Positions 54,050 to 64,000 of a DNA stretch of 64,000 nt are shown here, piece after piece. A program made the position numbers and the translations under genes. Every line of letters starts with the position of its first letter. Position 1 is the first letter of the stretch. This DNA comes from Lytechinus pictus (lineage: Eukaryota), in assembly GCF_037042905.1 (NCBI RefSeq), contig NC_087245.1, positions 30,010,001 through 30,074,000 on the forward strand, written 5' to 3'. The notes under the pieces are model-generated. The model was not told where the DNA came from, did no database searches, and worked only from the letters and a program-made list of their open reading frames with translations.

Positions 54050-55185
54050 GGTTATGACAGCAATGTAATGATTACCTCCAAAATGGCCAAAGTTCAATGA
54101 CCTTAAATGACCTTTGACTTTGTTCACGTGACCTGAAACTCGCATGAGTTCAGCGATACTTGATTACTCTTAGGTCCATGTTTTATGAACTAGATCCATA
54201 CACATTCAGAGTTATGATGGTCATTCAACAAATACCCCCAACTTGGCCAAAGTCCATTGACCTTGGTCATGTGACCTGAAACTCACACAGGATGTTCAGT
54301 GATACTTGATTACTCTTATTTCCACGTTTTATGAACAAGACCAATACACTTACAGAGTTATGATGGTAATTCAACAAATACCCCCAACATGGCCAAAGTA
54401 TATTGACCTTAAATTACCTTTGACCTTAGTCATGTGACCTAAAACTTGCACAGGATGTTTAGTGATACTTGACTACTCTTGTGTCCAAGTTTCATGAACA
54501 AGATCCATACACTTTTAAAGTTATGATGGTAATTTAACAGATACCCCTAACATGGCCAAAGTTCATTGACGTTTGACCTTGGTCATGTGACCTCAAATTT
54601 GCTCAAGATGTGCAATGATACTTGATTACTCTTACATCCAAGTTTCATGAATGGCAAAGTTGGGATTCGAACTCACAGCCTTGCGACTATGAGTCCAATG
54701 CTCTAACCACTGGACCACACGACCCACAGCTATTCAACAGATACCCCCAACTTGGCCAAAGTTAATTGATCATAAATGACCTTTGACCTTGGTCATGTGA
54801 CTTGAAACTCGGGCAGGATGTTTTAGTAATACTTGATTAACCTTATGTCCAAGTTTCATGAACTAGGTCCATATATGTTTCAGGTTATGATGACATATCA
54901 AAAACTTAACCTTGGTTAAGATTTTGATGTTGATTCCCCAAACATGGTCAAAGTTAATTGATCATAAATGACCTTTGACCTTGGTCATGTGACCTGAAAC
55001 TCAAGCAGATTGCTCAGTAATCCCTAATTAACCTTATGGCCAAGTTTTGTGAACTAGGTCCATATACTTTCTAAGTTATGCTGTCATTTCGAAAAATTAA
55101 GCTTCGGTTAAGGTTTGGTGTTGACGTAGCTGCCGTCGGAGAAGCGGCACCTATTGTCTCACTCTGCTTTGCAGGTGAGACAAAA
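54050..55185 (-). repeat. Inverted copy of the 31186-32290 repeat family
   Basis: TGACCTTTGACC units; ends GCAGGTGAGACAAAAA. Confidence 0.85.
54653..54724 (-). mobile_element. tRNA-derived SINE head / tRNA pseudogene
   Basis: Minus strand GGTCGTGTGGTCCAGTGGTTAGAGC...GAGTTCGAATCCC (A and B boxes); acceptor stem does not pair. Confidence 0.65.
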
Positions 55186-55759
55186 ATGAATGTTTGTTTG
55201 ATAACATTGCACATTGATTGAGTTGATTTATTTAGAAATTATTGATTAATGATTGATAGGTAAAGGTTGATGCCCCAATTGTCAGAATTTATCATTAAAT
55301 CAACATTCTGCTCTGGACTTCATGCATACATGTAATAACAATCAGTCTCTCAACAGGAGTGGAGAACAGGAGGAAGGGGGGGGGGGGTAAATTAAATGTT
55401 CTGTTAACACTTATTCCATCAAACTACTTCTCCCACTTAAGTTCTATCTCACCCCCTATTCTCTTGATTCCCATGAACACATTGCTGAGATCCACATCAT
55501 AAAGTTGAAATGCTGCCCAAAAAGTGCAAAAATATGTCTCTTCCAGGAATCAAACCTAGACCCCCAGCTTAGAATGCTGGTGTCTTAACCACTAGACCAC
55601 ACAGATGGGGTTAGTGGTTAGGGCGAACCTGATCTGATTGTCTAGTGGTTAAGAAACCTGCATTCTTAGCTGGGGGGGGGGCCGGGTTCGATTCGGCCTC
55701 ACCAATTTTTCAAAGTGAAGGTAGCTCTAGGGAACCTTGATGTAAGTTACGCCTACCAT

Positions 55760-55871
<112 letters not shown>

Positions 55872-56045
55872 TGCTTCGGTATATAAAGAATAAACGATGA
55901 TTGGTTTTCAAAATGCCGTCGGAAAAAAATCATATATATTAAAAGGAGCGTTGGGCTAAAAGATGGAAGGTAAAGTCACACTTCGTCAGTACCAATATGA
56001 CCAAAAGCCCCCCGAATATATGTATATATATATATTAAATTTTAC

Positions 56046-56162
56046 CATCTCGACACTCGAGTCCTTGAAAGCCAACTTGACACTTGCATGCATAGCCACC
56101 TCCATCTATATCATTACACAAGCCATGATTACATGAATTGTTGGTACAGTGTGCAGTCTTTC
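56046..56162 (-). CDS. 7TM receptor EGF-like exon (most 5' exon found)
   Basis: TACAG| ... GATG|GTAAA; KTAHCTNNSCNHGLCNDIDGGGYACKCQVGFQGLECRD; 117 bp, phase 1-1. Confidence 0.88.
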
Positions 56163-56397
56163 CTGTATTTCAGACATCAACAAAATAAAGAAATTTGTTA
56201 TACAATTTTATTCCTTCATTTAAAATTGCAGTGCATTGAAGCTCTTCTATTACTGCAAACCAGCCAAAAAACTAATAATAGAAAACGAAGTACCTTGCAA
56301 ATATGCAAAGTATTTTATTAGTATCGAAGAATGAAAGTGGTTGTATTGTGGTTCGTGACAAAAAAAAGATGAAAGCCTCGTTTAACTACAATCGACT

Positions 56398-56645
56398 GAA
56401 TGAGTTAGTAAGTCAAGGCAACGAGTTAGTGTGTCGAGGGAACGAGTTGGTAAGTCGAGGGGATGAGTTGATAAGTCGAGGGGACGAGTTGATAAGTCGA
56501 GGGAATGAGTTAGTTAGTCTAAGAACGAGTTAGTAAGCCGAGTGAATCATCACCCTCATCATCATCATCATCACCCCAATCACCATCATCATCATCCCCA
56601 TCATCATCACCTCCATCAAAATCACCCCCATCATCACCCACATCA
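56398..56645. repeat. 21-bp minisatellite followed by (CAT)n-like tract
   Basis: GAGTTGATAAGTCGAGGGGAC-like units; CATCAT/CAC run. Confidence 0.85.
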
Positions 56646-56821
56646 GCTCAGGCATCAGCGCATACCATATCAAAGCATGTTGCTATGCTGCACGTGTTAG
56701 ACACAGCCGGTGCGGATCGGAGACAGAGGGGGGGGGGGGGGATAATTTTGTGTGGGAACGAAATAATATTGCTTGGGAACGAAATAATATTGAGTGGGAA
56801 CGAAATAATATTGCGTGACTG

Positions 56822-59800
56822 TGTAATGAAAGCTGCTTTGAAGATAATTTTGTATATTTGATTTTTCTGAAAAGCCATCAAATGATTTAATGTGTTAAAA
56901 CTGAAGAATTTCATTGGGTCTGAGGGTCAGACTACTTAAGTGAGCACACACACATTTTTCTATGTATTTACACTGTGCATGTATAGTATGTGCTATGTAT
57001 GCCTTGTCTGAGGTCTTTTATTAATAGCACCATCTCTTGGTCAACTGAGGTAATGTGATATTCGAATCAGTTCTGGAGATTATGTTTGAGAATTTGAATC
57101 AATGTAAATCTAAAGCATCCTACATGGGATTGCCCTATATAAGAAGATTTCTGGAGGCAAAGAGGTCAGTAGAAACAGGAGTGGGTAGACGATTCAAGGA
57201 AGGTAAATTCTCCAAAGGAAAAGGATTTTACCACAAAGAGAAGGATTGATGAACCAACCGTTGATCCTGAAGCAGTATCACACAAGAATGCGCATACATC
57301 AAGCCTTCATAAAGAAGAAGTTGCCCTTGCTAGTAGTTTGACGGAACTTCTTTGCTTGAACAGACTTCCAATACCTGAGCCTGGAGTTTTACTTCCTGCT
57401 GAAGTATCTTAAATGTGCACCATTGGTGTTAGTGAAATGATACTCCTTGCTAGGAGATGACGCTTCATATGTGGAAGCCATGAAGGTGCTACAAGAGAGG
57501 TATGGAAATCCCTTTGTTATTTCCAATGCCTTCCGGGACAAACTCGATGACTGGCCTAAAATCAGCCCCAATGACTATTTAGGCTTTCGGAGATTTGGAG
57601 ATTTTCTTCACCAGTGTTGTACAGCAGCCAGATACGTCCATCACTTAAATCATTTGGATGATGAAAGGGAGAACAAAAAATTGATGAGCAAACTGCCTGA
57701 TTGGCTTATCACAAGATGGGGCAGGAATGTAGTCAAATGGCGGCAAGACGGAGGATCCTTTCCTCCCTTTTCTATCTTCACAGAATTCATCAGCGATGAA
57801 GCAGATATCGCTTGTGATCCGATCACTTCTAATCAGACATCATCCTTGAAAGAAAGGAGACAGCAGTCTTCTAATGTGAGAACATTATCAATCAGTGTGC
57901 AGGGGCAGCAAGCAAATGGAGGGAGAGGAAAATGGAAACCCCTTTGCACCTACTGTAAGGGAGAACATCATCTTGCTACTTGTAAATCCTTCATGTCACA
58001 GACATTAGATCACCAAACCAAGTTTGTTTTCGATCATGGTCTGTGCTTTGGATGTTTAAAGTCCGGTCATCTATCTAAGAATTGTAAGAAGAGGTCATCA
58101 TGTTCAACATGCAAAAGACGTCACCCCACTGTTCTGCATGATGAAAACTGGACAGAAAGACAACAATCTAAGAAAGTTGAAATAAAGAATGAAGCTGAGG
58201 AAACTCAAACCACAAGATCTTATGCTTCAACCACGAAGGACAATCACAGATCTCTAAAGACATCTACTATAGTTCCTGTGTGGCTATCGCATGAATCGGT
58301 ACCTGGGGAGAGGTTAGTGTACGCTATGCTGGACACTCAGTCAGACACTAGCTTCATTTTAAATAAGACTAAGGAAGCAATGGGCATTGAAGGAATAGCA
58401 GTCAACTTGCTTCTTTCGACCATGACGCAGGCCAATGAGAGAATTTCGAGTGAAAAGATCAGTGGACTTAAGGTTCGAGCATTTAATGGAAGAGGAGAAA
58501 TTTGTTTGCCCCCAAATTACACTCGGAATATTATGCTGGCGAATCGAGAACACATACCAACGCCAGACATTGCTAAGACGCGCTCTCATCTTAACGACAT
58601 AGCCAAACATTTGATTCCCCTTCAAGATTGTGAGATTGGACTTCTCATTGGCTATGATTGTGCAAGGGCCCTCACTCCGCGAGCTGTGTTAAGCTCCCCT
58701 GATGATGGTGGACCATTTGGATTACATTTGGAGTGTTGTCGGTACAATAGAACCCAACTATCATGACAGTGCGCATGATCATATTGGAATCAGTTATCGC
58801 GTTATGGTGCACGTTATTCCAGAAGAATTGCAAGTAGATGGCCATCCAACCACAGTTACCTTCAGCCATCAATCAAGGATTAAGGAGGAGATCACTCCTT
58901 CTCAAGTCATACATCTTTTAGAAGCAGACTTTGCACCATCAGAGAAAAGACAAAGGCCATATTCGAGGAATAACTTGAGATTTCTAGAGATAATGGAGCG
59001 TCAAGTTCATGTGTCTGAAAGTGGTCATTATGAGATGCCCATGCCATTTCGTGATGAAAACCCTACTCTTCCAAATAATAGGGTCCTTGCCGAGAAAAGA
59101 CTCAATCATCTCAAGACAAAGTTTAAGAAGGATCCTGCGTATCATGAACAATACACAAAACAAATGAATACCCTCTTCAATAGCAACTTTGCAGAGGTCG
59201 CATCAGAATCAGGAGAAGAGGGTAAAGTATGGTACATTCCCAATCATGGAGTGAAACAGCCCAACAAGTTGAGAGTTGTTTTTTACTGCAGCTCGCAGTT
59301 TAGAGGAACTTCATTGAATGCTCACTTGTTAACAGGACCGGACATGACTAATACCCTCACCGGTGTTCTTTGTCGATTCAGGAAAGAAGTCACAGCCTTC
59401 ATGTGTGACGTGAAGGAAATGTTCCACCAATTCCAGGTAAAAAAAGAGCATAGAAACTATCTCCGGTTTCTATGGTGGTTAAATGGAGATGTTAGTCGCC
59501 GACTTAGTGACTGCCAGATGAACGTTCATCTGTTCGGAGCCGCTTCATCGCCTGGCTGTTCGAACTTTGCATTGAAGCAGATTGCAAAAGACTATGCAGA
59601 TGGGTTTGGACATGATGCATCAGATTTCATACAGAACGACTTCTACATAGACGATGGGTTGAAATCTGTATCAACTGAAGATGAAGCCATTGATCTCATC
59701 ATGAGGACGAGAAATATATGTGAACGTGGACGTCTTCACCTGCATAAGATCGTATCCAACTCCAGAAAGGTAATGCAATCTGTTCCAGTTGATGACAGAG

Positions 59801-62800
59801 GAAAGGACCTCAAGGATTTGTATCTTTCGCAAGACACCTTGCCTGTGGAAAAGGCTCGCGGAGTCCAATGGTGCATTGAATCAGATAAATCTCAATTCAG
59901 GATCAACTTTCAGGATAAACCACTGACTCGAAGAGGAATCCTGTCTACAGTCATGTCAGTGTATGATCCTCTAGGACTATCAGCACCCATAATACTTCCT
60001 GCAAAGCTGATTCTCCAAGATTTATGTCGAACTTCTGCTGAATGGGGCGACCCCTTATCAGATGCACTCAAAGCTAAGTGGGAATACTGGAAGACCGACA
60101 TTCTCCAACTTCAGTACATCTCCATCGATAGATGCTACAAACCAAAAGACTTTGGAGAAATCAGAGATGTGCAACTTCATCACTTCAGTGATGCCAGTAA
60201 CGCTGGTTATGGGTAGTGTACCTACCTGAGACTTTACAAATCAAGAAGACAAGGTGCACTGTACCCTGGTGATGGGAAAATCTAGGGTCACTCCTATCAA
60301 GACGGTAACCGTGCCCCGACTAGAGTTAACGGCAGCCGTGTTATCTGTGAAAATTAGTTCCTTTCTGCAAAATGAACTTGATTTTGTAAATGCCAAGCAT
60401 TTCTTCTGGACTGATAGCAGAGTAGTTTTAGCCTACATTAAGAATGAAGCAAGACGATATCATGTTTTTGTAGCCAATAGAGTGAGTCAGATCAGAGACG
60501 AGTCACTGCCTTCACAGTGGCATCATATTGACACCAAAAATAACCCTGCTGATACAGCTTCAAGAGGACTCACTGTCAATCAGATAGAGCAATCGAGATG
60601 GTTAACTGGCCCCAAATTCCTATGGGAGAAGGAACTTCCAGCTGTTGAAAGTAAGGATGATGGCGAAATGCTTCCTAATGACCCCGAAGTGAAGCTAACT
60701 CAAGCTCATGCTGCTTTCAAGAAGAATGACTTTGAGCTGGAACGACTAGACTGCTTTTCCAGTTGGCATCAAACCAGAAGGGCTGTAGCAAATTGTCTCA
60801 GACTAAAGTCCTACTTACGAAGACACTGTGAACAGAAGCATCAGAGAGCTAACCAGAAGAGCGATGCTAAGAAAACAGTTATTGAGCCTATGTCTGCTGA
60901 ATTACTTCTCCAAGCAGAGAAGGAGATAATAAGGCAGAAACAAAGAAAGGCATTCCATGATGAAATTCAAAGACAGGAAGTTATGAAAAATGCCACTCGG
61001 ACATCTTCTCGTGAGAGGAGACGTCATTGTAAGACTACCAGCCGTCTACATCAACTTGATCCATTTCTAGATGGTGAGAACATCCTGAGAGTAGGAGGTC
61101 GCTTGAGAAGGTCTGAAACTTCGTTCACAAACAAACATCCCGCCATCCTACCTCAAAGTCATGTTACGGACCTGATTGTAGCTCATTGTCACGAAGAAGT
61201 TCTCACGAAGAATCAGGGAAGAGGCATGACTACTAACTGTATCAGAGCCCATGGTTATTGGATTTTGGGTTGCAGTAATCTTGTATCCAAGCTCATCTCT
61301 CGATGTGTTACCTGTCAGAAACTACGACGACCAAAACAGGTACAAAAAATGGCGGATCTACCAAAGGATCGTCTAGCCTCTGAACCGCCATTTTCTTACT
61401 GCGGTATGGATTGCTTTGGACCATGGTTAATCAGAGAAGGTGGAAAGGAGGTAAAGAGATACGGCCTTCTTTTTACTTGTATGTCGTCACGTGCAATCCA
61501 CATAGAAGTACTGAACTCATTGTCCACTGAAGCTTTTGTTAATGCCCTTCGACGTTTTATCACTGTTTGTGGTCCTGTTCGTCAACTGAGGTCGGACAGA
61601 GGAACAAATTTTGTTGGTGCCGAGAATGAACTCGTGAAAGCTTGGAAGGAGATGAATCATGAGAAAGTTAAACAGCATTTGCTCAGAGAAGGATGCGATT
61701 ACTTTGACTTCACCTTCAACTTCCCCTACTCAAGCCACATGGGAGGAGCTTGGGAGAGGCAAATACGTACTGTTCGTAGAGTCTTGGAAGCATTGCTGTG
61801 TCAAAATAGTCAGCAACTGGATGACGACTCACTGCGAACATTGCTATGTGAGGCAGCAGCTATTGTGAATAGTCGTCCACTGTCTGAAGAATTCCTGAAC
61901 GATCCATCTCACCTAGAGCCCATAACTCAAAATCTATTGTTGACTCAAAAATCAAGGGTAATACTTCCGCCGCCTGGTGTTTTTCCTCAGGAGGACTTGT
62001 ACGCAAAGAAACGTTGGAGAAGAGTTCAACATCTAGCAAATGAGTTTTGGTCCCTTTGGAGTCAACTTCAATCAAGAAATAAATGGACTGTTCCACAGCG
62101 CGACATGAGGGTTGGCAATATCGTGTTAATTAAAGATGAGAATGTTCCTAGAAATATGTGGTCTCTGGGAAGAATTGTTGAAACATATGCTTCTGGTGAC
62201 ACTCATATTCGTGAACAAAAGTGAAAATTGCAGTAGGTAATTTGAAACTGAACAATCAAGGAAAGCCTGTTTCTCCACTGTGTCATCTTGATCGCCCAAT
62301 TCATAAACTGGTTCTATTGATCGCGCAAGAAGACCATGTATAAATTCCCAGCCAAAGAGCCTATAGACATTGAATTAGGATTTTATCTTTCATTTGAATA
62401 TATTATTAATTGATATTTGTATAAAGTGAACTCAGAAAATACAGTCAAAACGTGAATCAGAGGAAATTTTCATTTTTTGTGAAACCGAAAGACATTCATA
62501 TTTGTGAACATATTTGTTTTAGACTCTAGAGTCTAATGCTCTGATTGGACAATGATGCATTTCGAATCTACAGAGAAGACTATGAACTTTTATGGTTGAC
62601 TAAGGATGAATATTTGACATAAATTTGAATTTCTCTATAAAGAGTAACTTATTATTCATGTTAAGGTCTGAAATTCATACTAAGAGTTACATGTATCATA
62701 TTTAATACATGTATTTGATTCGGAATTCAGACTTCATGTTCATGTTCAGTGATTATATGATCTTGTACTTTAAATTCATAATGATCTACATTTATACAAG

Positions 62801-63686
62801 TACAACACAACAAAATTGTGAATTGCTTTTAATCAGGTCTGAATTTTGAGACTAGTTATACTGTGGTGTGGCTTATATTACAAAGTGCTTCCTTTTCAAT
62901 TACTGATATGTCATGTTAGATTTCATTCCACTTGTAATGTGCATCTAATGAAGGTTCATGTAATACATGTATATAGGGTTTTCAAATGATTGACAAAGGT
63001 TTTGTCTAAAGGATCGAATTTTTTTTGTGTGTGCAAAATTGTAGGCAAGTGAGTTTTATGAATCATATCACCTTTCTGATATCATGGACCTTTTACGAAT
63101 TAATGATGATATAATGATTTAGTGATGTCAACATATCACCTTTTGGACTCTTACAGTTGCCCAAAGGAACTCCTCGGATCGCCTAATGTTCTATTGATAT
63201 GTAAGAAGTATAGTGTAAGTAGAAAAATAGAATGTATTGTATCATATCTTTCAACAAGCAGTATTTAATTGATGTGATAAACGGTGTAGTCATAGCACTT
63301 TTCAATTACAAAAAAAAAGGAGAAAAAAAGATGAAATTATAGTATCAGTGCACAATATTTAACATTTGTTTCTGCTGTAAGATATCTCAAGTCGTTCTTT
63401 GCAAGTGTAGCAATAATGAAATGTACATTTACTTTACTGAAGCTAATGAAGTACAGCTTTCAGCTTTCTGACTGAGCATGTTGGTAAATTAGAAATGATA
63501 ATTTAAAGGAGCCATGTAATGAAAGCTGCTCTGAAGATAATTTTGTATATTTAATTTTTCTGAAAAGCCATCAAATGATTTAATGTGTTAAAACTGAAGA
63601 ATTTCATTGGGTCTGAGGGTCAGACTACTTGAGTTTTCTATGTATTTACACTGTGCATTTATAGTATGTGCTATGTATGCCTTGTC
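56822..63686 (+). mobile_element. BEL/Pao LTR retrotransposon, decayed
   Basis: Direct repeats starting TGTAATGAAAGCTGC at 56822 and 63515 (match to 57008/63686); gag-PR-RT-RH-IN order. Confidence 0.93.
57300..62343 (+). pseudogene. BEL/Pao gag-pol, broken by frameshifts and a stop
   Basis: Three zinc knuckles, LDTQSD protease, YIDD RT, FSDAS..GYG Pao RNase H, DCFGP/SDRGTNF/GGAWER integrase, split over ORFs 57447-58766, 58702-60216, 60254-62224. Confidence 0.92.
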
Positions 63687-64000
63687 GGACGTTCCACAGT
63701 TAAAGTGAAATCCATGTCATTTTCACCAAACTTTGCGCATAGATACTTTAGAACCTTAATATTCGAAATATGCAAAAATCAACATAGGTCCATGTGCTTG
63801 ATTTTTTGCTATAGAGCTTCAAAGTTCACCCAAATTGATGTTCTTAAGAATTGCGCATTCAAAAGAATTTGGCATTTTTAGACCGCCCAAGATAACTACA
63901 ATGAGTTTAAACCTCTATTACTCAGTCAAAATACACGAAAAAGTCATCAAATTTCGCAAGAGAGTTAATAATTGTAATTTTAAGTTTAACAGCACTGTTA

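Noticed and set aside
54653..54724. Functional tRNA-Met gene
   Set aside because: Acceptor stem does not pair and it sits inside a repeat unit; better explained as a SINE head

Overview
AT-rich, repeat-dense metazoan genomic DNA. The repeat repertoire and gene type suggest a marine invertebrate such as a sea urchin (inference). One large minus-strand gene spans most of the window. Reading splice signals by hand gives nine frame-compatible GT-AG exons: 56046-56162, 47999-48172, 41823-41996, 37851-37955, 33912-34247, 17254-17364, 12648-15139, 12025-12127 and 9202-9410. They encode about 1270 aa of a 5'-incomplete secretin/adhesion-class 7TM receptor. The ectodomain is EGF - novel ~115-aa module - EGF - second copy of the module - EGF - somatomedin-B - Cys-rich region, and I see no GPS motif. 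The ORF track misses most of the small exons. The introns are filled with nested transposons: three ~5-kb TAG...CTA long-TIR (Academ-like) elements, two with TGT target duplications; a 3-kb Tc1/mariner-like foldback; TTAA-flanked, CACTA-like, Harbinger-like and 8-bp-TSD MITEs; several LINE relics; and a decayed BEL/Pao LTR retrotransposon. Downstream of the gene are a Penelope-like relic with a decayed hammerhead ribozyme and an LTR-like element with a heat-shock-element array next to a TATA box.
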